A stretch of DNA of 64,000 nt from an uncultured Methanosarcinales archaeon (GTDB taxonomy: Archaea > Nanobdellota > Nanobdellia > Woesearchaeales > GW2011-AR15): contig CAZEKF010000009.1 in assembly GCA_964512765.1 (NCBI GenBank), positions 30 to 64,029 on the forward strand. Reading direction: 5' to 3'. Positions 1 to 8,187 of this stretch are shown in pieces (positions within the stretch are counted from its first letter, which is position 1; every line of letters begins with the position of its first letter). Made by a program: the position numbers and the translations under genes. The notes under the pieces are model-generated. The model worked only from the letters and a program-made list of their open reading frames with translations. It was not told the origin of the DNA and ran no database searches.

Positions 1-683
1 CCGTTCTAGTTAGACGCCTTCGCCACAGGTGGTCCACAAGGGATTATCGCATTTTACCACTACCCCATGCATACCTCTAACTCCTCCCGGTCTCAAGATC
101 AGCAGTCTCCTCTGCATGCTGTTTGGTTAAGCCAAACAATTTCACAAAGGATTTACTAACCCGGCTACAGATGCTTTAGGCCCAATAATACTGGTCCCCA
201 CTTGTGGCGCTGGTGTTACCGCGGCTGCTGGCACCAGTCTTGCCCACCACTTATTCTCCGAGCTATTTACACTCGGCAAAAGCTCATGCATTGCATGAGC
301 ACTCAGAGTCCCCTTATCACACTTGCGTGTATTGTAAAGTTTTCGCGCTTGCTATACTCCGTGGAGTCAGAACCCTTATCTCAGTGTTCTCCTCGAGGCT
401 ACCTCTTTCAAGGCCCCTACCGATCGTTGGCTTGGTGGGCCATTACCCCACCAACAACCTAATCGGCCGCCGTCTCATCCTTAGGCGTAATCTTTCAGGG
501 AAAGAACATTCCAGTATAATTCCCATATCAAGTATTAGACTCAGTTTCCCAAGCTTATCCTTGACCTAAGGGCAGATTAACGACGTGTTACGGAACTTTC
601 CGCCGGTGACCGAAGTCCCCTTGACTAGCTTAGCTAAATCGAACTCTGATAGCAGCGACCTCCCGCAGGATCAACGGGTATTA
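1..683 (-). rRNA. rrs: 16S rRNA, 5' ~680 nt (gene continues beyond the left edge)
   Basis: The rc of 663-683 reads TACCCGTTGATCCTGCGGGAGG, an archaeal SSU 5' end. The rc of 216-234 is GTGCCAGCAGCCGCGGTAA, the universal 515 region. The rc of 14-23 is GGCGAAGGCG (about E. coli position 725). ORFs 202-462 and 204-569 lie inside the rRNA. Confidence 0.95.
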
Positions 684-895
684 TTTTAGAATAGCGTTTG
701 TTATGCCGCACTACTCTCTTGTTTTACATCCTTCTGTATTATGTACGGTCTTTGGTATCAATTGTACTTTTGAATTGTACGAGTTTACATCGTATCAAAT
801 GCCTTTTTCATACAAGATTTTCACGTCTTGTACACATGATTAACGTAATAGAATATTTGGAGATGATTAAGACTTGATAATGAAATTTCAAGTGG

Positions 896-903
896 TATAT
901 AAA
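896..903 (-). promoter_or_regulatory. Candidate TATA box for the rRNA operon
   Basis: The minus strand reads TTTATATA (archaeal TTTAWATA-like) about 215 nt upstream of the 16S 5' end. Other AT-rich candidates exist in this leader. Confidence 0.3.
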
Positions 904-1124
904 CTTTATTGTTTCAGGACTATTTCTGTGCTCTTTTCCGCATTTCTTTCTTCATTCGCTTACGCTGCCATTTCCAGCGCATCTGTCGCTTCTTTTTCCA
1001 TCGTCTTGAACTTCGTTTCATTTATGTACCATCTCAGAGGAAAAACTTGGTGTTTTTAAAGGTATCGAATATGTCCAATTTATTTTAAATAGATTTTTAT
1101 GTAAAAAATATTTTCAGCTGGAAG

Positions 1125-1784
1125 ATGAGTAATCCAGTTTATGATGAAGTCCATGAGCTTCTTATGGCAAAATATTTTGAGAAAGGATATTTACAGAATG
1201 GCTACTCAGGACAAAGAGATTTTGCTGAAACAATGTCAAAGTCAGTTATAAGACGAATTTCTAATGAATCTGGAATTGTTCAGATTTTTGTTTTGATGAA
1301 TTCAGCTGATATTTCAAATATTGTTGTACATTCTTCAAGTGCAATTAAAGGAACAGAATATAGGAGACAAGCTAATGTAGATTTAAATGTATTACATGAT
1401 AACAAACGATTGATTGGTAAACCTGGGTGTAATTGGTATATGAATAGAAGGTTTGGTAGAAGAATATATGCTTCCGTAGAAATTGATCCAAACAATTTAA
1501 TTGATCATTTATTAGATTTCTCCATAGGTCATTTTGAAAATAAATTTGGTTGGAGTCAAGAAGTTAAGGCTAAATTATATTTTGACAATGAAGTGGTTGT
1601 TCAAGAGTCAGGTTTTGGTCAAACTCAAATGTCGTTTGCAATATCAAAGCGCCTTGAAAGAGGAGAAAGAAACCACAATGCAAAAAGAAATCCAGGTACA
1701 ACCTATGCTGATAAACTATATGTGTTTACAGCTTGTTATTCATCAGAATCAATAGATGCAGTCAAGCAAAGTTTAGATTTCTGA
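1125..1784 (+). CDS. hypothetical protein (219 aa)
   Basis: Long ORF with ATG start and TGA stop. No motif recognised. Confidence 0.6.
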   Translation: MSNPVYDEVHELLMAKYFEKGYLQNGYSGQRDFAETMSKSVIRRISNESGIVQIFVLMNSADISNIVVHSSSAIKGTEYRRQANVDLNVLHDNKRLIGKPGCNWYMNRRFGRRIYASVEIDPNNLIDHLLDFSIGHFENKFGWSQEVKAKLYFDNEVVVQESGFGQTQMSFAISKRLERGERNHNAKRNPGTTYADKLYVFTACYSSESIDAVKQSLDF

Positions 1785-1908
1785 GTATGAGTAATCTATT
1801 TACAAAAAAGTTAATAAATGAAAACATGCCCCAGCTGAGACCTAGAAGAAAAGTTCGTTTCCTTACTTTTTAAGACTCTTTATTACTATATATATATTAA
1901 TGGATAAC

Positions 1909-3069
1909 TTACTTATTGATCATGTCATATATTTTTTTAGTATTTTCACACATTAATTCAACAGAGAAGTTACTAATTATATGTTCACGTGATTTTGTTG
2001 CATGTTCTTTTAGCCACTTATCATTTTTTACTGTAGAAACTACAGCTTTCGCAATCTCTTGATGTTTACCTGGATTAAATAATAAGCCATGTTCTGAAAT
2101 TATTTCAGGTATTGCACCTGATCTCGCACCAATCACTGGTGTTTCACACGCCATTGCTTCAATAGCTACCATTCCAAACGGTTCACTCCATCTGCTTGGA
2201 AATACATATATGTCAGCAGCCCCGTACAATTCAAGAAGTTCCTCTTTAGTTACCCAACCTAATAAATATGTGTGCCTTAAATTCAGTTTTTTAATAAGAT
2301 TTTTTAGATAATTAAAATAAGGCCCATCGCCAGAAATTAATGTTGTAACACCCTCTTTTTCATATTGCTTAGCAGCATTAATAAGATCTTCATGCCCTTT
2401 CTCTTTTGTTAAAAATCCAGTTGATAAAACTAATTTTTTTCCTAGACAATTATACTTTTGCTTTACTTTATTTTTCTTTTCTCCTGGAACAGGTTTAAAC
2501 TCATCAGTATCAACACCTAAATATACAACTATAATTTTTGAGCTATTAATATTAAATTCTTTTTTTATCTGATTTGCAGTAAATTTACTATTTGCAAGAA
2601 TATATTCTGAATTTTCCAGTCCTTCTTTGGCAATCTTATAATTTCTCTTTGATTCCAGTGAAGAATTTACGCCAGTACCATGAGCTGAAACAACATATTT
2701 TACACCAGTTTTTTCTTTTATTTTGCTGCAACAGTATGGTAAAATTGAACAGTGATTAGCGTGCATTAATGTGTTTCCTTTAACACTTTCTAATCCGGCT
2801 TTTGTAAAAATATCAATTAATTTGAAAAATTCTTTATCAGATATTTCAGAAAGTTTAATGTTTATTTTGACATCGTTCCTTCCTTGATAAACCGGAATTT
2901 GAAAAGGTATCTCTGGTGTTGTTATTTTTATTCCATCTAATGGTTTGATCTTCATTCCACAAACTAAATGAACTTGGTTTTTTGTTTTGAAATAATTCAT
3001 TATATACCTTAAATAAATACCACTTCCGCGTTCATAAGGTCTATGGAGAAAAAGATACGAAATATTCAT
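1909..3069 (-). CDS. glycosyltransferase, GT4 (GT-B) family
   Basis: C-terminal motif EPFGMVAIEAMACETPVIGARSGAIPEII is typical of GT4/RfaB-like enzymes. Confidence 0.85.
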   Translation of the reverse strand: MNISYLFLHRPYERGSGIYLRYIMNYFKTKNQVHLVCGMKIKPLDGIKITTPEIPFQIPVYQGRNDVKINIKLSEISDKEFFKLIDIFTKAGLESVKGNTLMHANHCSILPYCCSKIKEKTGVKYVVSAHGTGVNSSLESKRNYKIAKEGLENSEYILANSKFTANQIKKEFNINSSKIIVVYLGVDTDEFKPVPGEKKNKVKQKYNCLGKKLVLSTGFLTKEKGHEDLINAAKQYEKEGVTTLISGDGPYFNYLKNLIKKLNLRHTYLLGWVTKEELLELYGAADIYVFPSRWSEPFGMVAIEAMACETPVIGARSGAIPEIISEHGLLFNPGKHQEIAKAVVSTVKNDKWLKEHATKSREHIISNFSVELMCENTKKIYDMINK

Positions 3070-3071
3070 AA

Positions 3072-3869
3072 TTATGTATCCTCATTAAGATTAACAATCT
3101 TTTTAATATTGTTTCGAACTAATTTTTTTCTTTTTTCTAGGAAATACTTATTAGCATCATTATACGATTCAAATGAACCTATATCAAACCAAGGACCTTC
3201 AAAGTTATATGCATAAACATCTTCTTTTTCAATTAACCATTTTATAAAATTTCCCTGCGCATCAGGATTATTGCCTTTATCCAGGTATTCTTTGAATAAT
3301 CCAAGATCTTTCTTTGGAAGTATGAAACACGCAGTATTGATAAGACTTGTCTTCGGATTCAATGGTTTTTCTTCAAAATCAATAATTTTTCCATTATTGT
3401 CTACATCCACAACACCATATCTCCCTTTGATTTTATCCTTGTCTTTGTAGTCATAAACAGCTACTAAGGGTGCTTTTTTCTCTTTATATTCTAAAAACAT
3501 TTTTCGTAAAGGAAAATCAAACAAATTATCTCCACCTATTACGAATATATCTGATTTAATATTTAACTTTTCAATTAAAAGATGCAATGATGCAATAGAT
3601 CCTAACTTATCATCTTCCCTGATAGGTTTTTCTATTAGCAAAGTAGTATTTTTTCTAATTTGATACTTTGAAAACCATTCTTTAAAATGAAATTCAAAAA
3701 AAGAATTGGTTGAAATAATACATTCATTGATTCTCCTAACCATCTCTAAATTCTCAAGAGTATATTCAATAATTGTTTTACCTGCTACAGGAAGCAAAGG
3801 CTTTGGCTGGTTTTTTGTTATTGGATATAGCCTAGTCGCAAACCCACCCGCAAGAATAATTGCTTTCAT
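3072..3869 (-). CDS. sugar-phosphate nucleotidyltransferase
   Basis: N-terminus MKAIILAGGFATRLYPITKNQPKPLLPV matches the G-x-G-T-R-L signature of NDP-sugar pyrophosphorylases. Only 2 nt separate it from the GT4 gene. Confidence 0.85.
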   Translation of the reverse strand: MKAIILAGGFATRLYPITKNQPKPLLPVAGKTIIEYTLENLEMVRRINECIISTNSFFEFHFKEWFSKYQIRKNTTLLIEKPIREDDKLGSIASLHLLIEKLNIKSDIFVIGGDNLFDFPLRKMFLEYKEKKAPLVAVYDYKDKDKIKGRYGVVDVDNNGKIIDFEEKPLNPKTSLINTACFILPKKDLGLFKEYLDKGNNPDAQGNFIKWLIEKEDVYAYNFEGPWFDIGSFESYNDANKYFLEKRKKLVRNNIKKIVNLNEDT

Positions 3870-3910
3870 ATATTAAACAAAATTAGAGGGGTTTTAATAA
3901 TTTTTCTATA

Positions 3911-5458
3911 ATGAAATACGAAAATATTTATACTCTAGTTAGTTTTAATATGTGTGTTCACATGAAGCATAATTTTGTTGTGTCTGGTCTTTTAGAAAAA
4001 AATGATAAAACGTATTTTGTTGTTGATTTTGATAAATTTGAATTCAGAAAATTTTCTGATATAATTAGTATACAAAATAAATATTTAGATAAAGATTCAC
4101 AAAGAATAATAGCTCTTCTTCCTGTTGAGATTCATAATTCTCAACTATTTAAAAACAAAATTTCTGCTCATTTGAAATCAATAAAACAAAATAGGTTGGT
4201 AAATTTAATAAGATCCACATATGTTCGAGAAAATAAAGAAGTATCTCTGAATGTTAAACCTGATTTTGACAGATATTTTTTGAAAAATAATAATTTTTTG
4301 AGAGAAATATCGAGATTAACTAGCCCGAACAAAAATGTAATTAATTACGTTACTGAAAAAGAAATAAGAGAATTTGTAAACTGTAACAAAAAAGAACTTT
4401 TTGATAAATTATCATACATAAAAAATAATCTTTACACTAATGATACAGTTTGGAAAGAAAATCTAAAAAAAATTTCAGTAGGATTGATTCTTCCAACATA
4501 TAATGAAGTTAATTTTGAGTCAAACATCCAGAGAGTTCATAAATTATTCAAAACAGGATTAGTTAATGAAATTATAATCACTGATGGATATTCCACTGAA
4601 TATAAACCTTCTTCTGTTAAATCAAAATTATTAGACAAAGGTATTGATATTGACTACACTATAATCAAACAAAATGGTAGTGGTAAAGGAGAAGCAATTG
4701 AAGCAGCATTAAAATATGCTCATGCAGTTGGACATGATTTTGTTATATGTGTAGATTCTGATAATTTACCTTCAATTAGAGAGGTTTATCCAGACTCACC
4801 TTTAGACATGGATATAGAATATTTTGTTAGGAAGTTTATTAGTTCTATTATTAAAACCATAAATGGAAAAGGAATAGAGATAGCAAAGAACACGTTCTTT
4901 AAAGCATCGTACTTAAGAATGCCACAAATTAAAAAAACTCTTGACATTAGGTTTGGTCTTGCAACAACAAGTGTGAAAGATTTCTTTTCAAGATATATTC
5001 ATTCAGAAAAAAATCTTTACCCTCTAAGCGGTGAGATTGCATGTAATCCTAAATTCTTTTTGGAGAAATTAAACTTAACAAAAAACTTAGTCAAATTAAT
5101 TAATGTTGAAAAGGAACAATATTGTGGTGTTAATGTGCCATCTGGATTCTGTCTTGAAAACTTTTGGAATGCAGTTATTGATGTTAACCATTACAATGTA
5201 TATTATGTAAATATGCTTTTACACCATCATGGTCCTGTCAAGAAATCCTCCAAAAAATCAATTGAAGATCAAAGAGGAGAAGTCATGACCGGCGTTTGTG
5301 CGGGTATTAGCGCATCTTTGTCAAAAAATGAAAATATGAAAAAACTTTTTAAAAAAATTCCAAAAGATGTAATTAGATCAAACAGAGTAATTCTAGAAAT
5401 TGAAGGAAATATTAAAAATAAAAAACTGGTTATTAAAGATTATAAGATCTATGATTAA
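3911..5458 (+). CDS. GT-A fold glycosyltransferase (GT2/GT81-like) with ~190 aa N-terminal extension of unknown function
   Basis: The central segment is GLILPTYNEVNFE...EIIITDGYSTE...GSGKGEAIEAAL...VICVDSDN, carrying a DxD-type motif. The true start may be an internal Met. Confidence 0.65.
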   Translation: MKYENIYTLVSFNMCVHMKHNFVVSGLLEKNDKTYFVVDFDKFEFRKFSDIISIQNKYLDKDSQRIIALLPVEIHNSQLFKNKISAHLKSIKQNRLVNLIRSTYVRENKEVSLNVKPDFDRYFLKNNNFLREISRLTSPNKNVINYVTEKEIREFVNCNKKELFDKLSYIKNNLYTNDTVWKENLKKISVGLILPTYNEVNFESNIQRVHKLFKTGLVNEIIITDGYSTEYKPSSVKSKLLDKGIDIDYTIIKQNGSGKGEAIEAALKYAHAVGHDFVICVDSDNLPSIREVYPDSPLDMDIEYFVRKFISSIIKTINGKGIEIAKNTFFKASYLRMPQIKKTLDIRFGLATTSVKDFFSRYIHSEKNLYPLSGEIACNPKFFLEKLNLTKNLVKLINVEKEQYCGVNVPSGFCLENFWNAVIDVNHYNVYYVNMLLHHHGPVKKSSKKSIEDQRGEVMTGVCAGISASLSKNENMKKLFKKIPKDVIRSNRVILEIEGNIKNKKLVIKDYKIYD

Positions 5459-5563
5459 AATCAACTTAATCTTTATTCCATTGAAGGGAAATGTATATTT
5501 AGCTCACTGTCCAACCAAGGAAGTATTTCTATTAAATTTTATCGTCGAGAAAATGTAAAAACA

Positions 5564-5688
5564 TGCCCCGGCCGGGACTTTCGAAAGCTTAGAATCAACT
5601 AATGCTTGTTCGAACCCGGGTCACGGCCTTTCTTTTTCAAGAATGAATCGAAAGGGCCGTATGATTGGCCGGACTACACCACCAGGGC
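5564..5688 (-). tRNA. tRNA-Glu(UUC) with two introns (anticodon loop 37/38 and T-loop)
   Basis: The minus strand reads GCCCTGG TG GTGT AGTCCGGCCAA TCAT A CGGCC CTTTCGA [19 nt] GGCCG TGAC CCGGG TTCGAAC [31 nt] CCCGG CCGGGGC A. Removing 5629-5647 and 5577-5607 gives a 75-nt cloverleaf. Confidence 0.85.
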
Positions 5689-5788
5689 ATAATTGTTTTT
5701 TTTGTTCGTGCTATTTCTTTTTGAAATAGCACTGGGTTTTGCGTATTAAGTGAGCGTAACCAGTTACCGTTGGCTACACCACCAGGGC
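5689..5788 (-). other. orphan tRNA-Glu 5' fragment plus 10-bp hairpin, immediately upstream of tRNA-Glu
   Basis: The 18 nt TATGCCCTGGTGGTGTAG are identical to the start of tRNA-Glu (including 3 leader nt). They are followed by unrelated sequence with the hairpin GTGCTATTTC-AAAAA-GAAATAGCAC and an A9 run. No T-arm and no matching 3' acceptor are present. Confidence 0.6.
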
Positions 5789-5824
5789 ATACTTTGGTAA
5801 TATGTTTGAAGAATTTTTGGATGA

Positions 5825-5833
5825 TTTATAAAA
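5825..5833 (-). promoter_or_regulatory. Candidate TATA box driving the 5'-fragment + tRNA-Glu unit
   Basis: The minus strand reads TTTTATAAA about 37-45 nt upstream of position 5788. No comparable TATA lies between the fragment and tRNA-Glu. Confidence 0.4.
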
Positions 5834-5846
5834 GTTGCTGAAATGA

Positions 5847-7097
5847 TCAAATTTTGTTTAAGTATTCTTTGAATGTCAATAAAGCATTTTTTGTACAAAT
5901 ATCTTTCATTTTACAATCTTTCACTTTTTTAAAGAACTTTTTATTAGTACGGTCTTTTTTATAACATGCACTACAAAACGATGGAAGGTATCCTAGTTCA
6001 ACAATCATTTTGACAACTTCGCTGACTGGACGTGTGTCACCTAAAAAGAATTGTTCAGTAGATTCATCATACTTCATTTTTCTATAACCACCAACAGTGG
6101 TTCTGGATCCAGCGCTCATCTCAGAAACAATTCCAGCTAATTCAGCTCTTACTTCAGGCGTTTCTCTAGTTGTTAAAATAATCTCTGTCCATGGAATTGC
6201 TAATCTTAAAACAGCAACAACTTTCTTGAATTCTCGCGTAGATAAAGGAGCAGGAGGGTCAAGTGAAAAAGGAGCTTCATTCGCAGGTTCAAGCCGCGGA
6301 ACAGAAATGGATCTTGGTCCATGACCATATTTTTTGATCAAATAAGTTGAATGTTGTAATAAACATAAAACTTCAAATTTATAATCATACAAACCAAATA
6401 AAACACCTAGACCAATATCATGAATACCTGATTCCAATGCTCTGTTAAATGTATTAACTCTAAAATCATAGTTCCCTTTAGGAGTATTTTTTGGGTGCAC
6501 TTCTTCATATGTTTGTTTATGATATGTTTCCTGGAAAATTCTATATGTAGCGAAACAATTATTATCTTTAGTTTTTTTTGAGAGTTCAGTATAATACTTT
6601 TTTGATACTGGCGCAAAATTAACATTAATCTCACAATCATCGTCAAACACGTCTGTGACCATCTTAATATGATTTACAATTTGTTTGACAGTAACTGATT
6701 CACCATAAACTAAACAAATCCTTTTGTGAAATAATTCTTTTAGAATTTCTGTTTCTTCCCTGATCTCATCATCTTTTAAGGTTTTTCGCTCTAACAACTT
6801 ATTATCTTTTCTAAATCCACAATATACACAATTATTGATACATACGTTTGATATGTACAATGGAGCAAATATTTTTATCCTTTTTCCAAAAATGTTATTC
6901 TTAACATGTTTTGCAGTTTCTATTATTCTATTTTCTAAAACCTGGTTATCAACATGAAGCAATGCTGCAGTATCACTTAAAGATAATCCTTTCAAATTCT
7001 TACTTTTTTCTAAAACTGCAATTATTTTCTTTTCAGTGGCTTTCTTAGATTTTGTAAGTTCCTTATTAATTTGCTGTTCGTTTATTATGTCTTGCAT
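5847..7097 (-). CDS. hydG: radical SAM enzyme, HydG/ThiH family (HydG-like: tyrosine lyase / [FeFe]-hydrogenase maturase homologue)
   Basis: Carries FAPLYISNVCINNCVYCGF (CX3CX2C) and FQETYH. Also carries GIHDIGLGVLFGLYDYKFEVL, ISVPRLEPA and SAGSRTTVGGY. The C-terminal PSFCSACYKK...(22 residues)...C gives the CX2CX22C motif that separates HydG from ThiH. Confidence 0.7.
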   Translation of the reverse strand: MQDIINEQQINKELTKSKKATEKKIIAVLEKSKNLKGLSLSDTAALLHVDNQVLENRIIETAKHVKNNIFGKRIKIFAPLYISNVCINNCVYCGFRKDNKLLERKTLKDDEIREETEILKELFHKRICLVYGESVTVKQIVNHIKMVTDVFDDDCEINVNFAPVSKKYYTELSKKTKDNNCFATYRIFQETYHKQTYEEVHPKNTPKGNYDFRVNTFNRALESGIHDIGLGVLFGLYDYKFEVLCLLQHSTYLIKKYGHGPRSISVPRLEPANEAPFSLDPPAPLSTREFKKVVAVLRLAIPWTEIILTTRETPEVRAELAGIVSEMSAGSRTTVGGYRKMKYDESTEQFFLGDTRPVSEVVKMIVELGYLPSFCSACYKKDRTNKKFFKKVKDCKMKDICTKNALLTFKEYLNKI

Positions 7098-7100
7098 CTT

Positions 7101-8096
7101 TTACACGTACAATACTTTTGATGTTCTGTTTAATTTATCAATTCTTTTCAACATATCATTTTTTGATTCAACACTAAATAGTTCTAGTTCATCTAAAATA
7201 ATTTCTTCACCGTCTCTCTTTAACTCTTCAAGAGAAAACTCTGACAAAGCTCTTTCCTTAAATGATTTAATAATAAACTTGTCCTTATTTTCAATTACTT
7301 TTATGTCTTCTTTAATGTTCCATAAATCTTGAAATATGTCCCAAAAATTAATATCCCTAACATCTCTAATCTCTGAATATATTTTGTCAAGGAGACTGCT
7401 AAGAACAGGACCGTAAAATATTTGATACACTGCATGATTATAAATTCCAACTTCACAGGTACTGATAAACTTAGAGTTAACTTTGCATGAAACATTATGT
7501 GTGTAGAAAAATTTTTGTGTCCATTTATCCAATAAATGGTTTCCTTGGATTAAAACGTGAAATTGAACATTATTCTTCTTAAAATCTTTAATTCTGTTAA
7601 ATTCAGATTTTGGATCAATTAAAGGCCACCAAGAATGTTTAATAGCTCTGATAAAAATTTTTTGTTCCTTAAAATCTTTTTTAGCAAATAAATATTCCAT
7701 TTCTGACATATACTCAGAAAATTTTTCAAGTGTTGGAAACACTAAAGTACGAGTTGTTTGATCTTTATGAATGTCATTATTTTTTAAGTCTTGTTTCGTG
7801 GTATATTTTCCTTGGTTTTGTTCTGATAAATCAGTTTTTTCTATTTTTTCAACAAAAAGTCTTAAATTATTGATCCACTGCGGGTTTAACTCATATGCCT
7901 TGTTTTTATGTTCTAATATTTCCTGTTCAACCATCAGTTTCAATGTTTTATGAACTGCTTGGTAAGTAACATTCAAAGCATACTGTTTTTTAAGAGCTGA
8001 GTTAATCTTCTTAGTGTTTAAATTGGGTTGTGTTACTAATATTGATATTATTTTATCTTTAGTGGAAGTAGATTCATTATCAAACACAGGTAACAT
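7101..8096 (-). CDS. winged-helix DNA-binding protein with uncharacterised ~250 aa C-terminal domain
   Basis: The N-terminus KIISILVTQPNLNTKKINSALKKQYALNVTYQAVHKTLKLMVEQEILEH looks like a wHTH (TrmB/ArsR-like). The remainder is not recognised. Confidence 0.6.
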   Translation of the reverse strand: MLPVFDNESTSTKDKIISILVTQPNLNTKKINSALKKQYALNVTYQAVHKTLKLMVEQEILEHKNKAYELNPQWINNLRLFVEKIEKTDLSEQNQGKYTTKQDLKNNDIHKDQTTRTLVFPTLEKFSEYMSEMEYLFAKKDFKEQKIFIRAIKHSWWPLIDPKSEFNRIKDFKKNNVQFHVLIQGNHLLDKWTQKFFYTHNVSCKVNSKFISTCEVGIYNHAVYQIFYGPVLSSLLDKIYSEIRDVRDINFWDIFQDLWNIKEDIKVIENKDKFIIKSFKERALSEFSLEELKRDGEEIILDELELFSVESKNDMLKRIDKLNRTSKVLYV

Positions 8097-8099
8097 TCT

Positions 8100-8144
8100 A
8101 AACTTTTTGGTTTAATAAATAATATTTAAACTTTTTGGTTTAAT
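8100..8144. repeat. 17-bp direct repeat AAACTTTTTGGTTTAAT x2 (8100-8116, 8128-8144)
   Basis: Two exact copies 28 bp apart. The first lies 4 bp from the start codon of the wHTH gene. Confidence 0.8.
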
Positions 8145-8187
8145 TTTATATTTAGGCTAACTTTATTATTCTCTGTAAACGAAACAA

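Noticed and set aside
202-569. ORFs 202-462 and 204-569
   Set aside because: They lie entirely inside the 16S rRNA gene on the opposite strand, so they are spurious.
874-1059. 61-aa ORF upstream of the 16S
   Set aside because: It lies in the rRNA leader/promoter region. It is hydrophobic and low-complexity, with no SD, and is probably not coding.
1785-1908. A tRNA 3' half at the GGGGCATGTTTT copy
   Set aside because: CTGGGGC could pair with GCCCTGG through two G:U pairs. However, no T arm (TTCRANN loop with flanking stem) can be built upstream of it. It is kept only as a repeat observation.
5689-5788. Reading the tRNA-Glu upstream element as a complete, multi-intron or armless tRNA, or as an H/ACA sRNA
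   Set aside because: A possible 3' acceptor, CCAGTGC, has a mismatch and leaves only about 60 nt with no T arm. The 10-bp hairpin has no pseudouridylation pocket even though an ACA follows it.
8100-8144. Possible CRISPR-like repeat
   Set aside because: There are only two copies of a 17-bp repeat with an 11-bp spacer. There is no array and no cas genes. It is treated as a promoter-proximal direct repeat.
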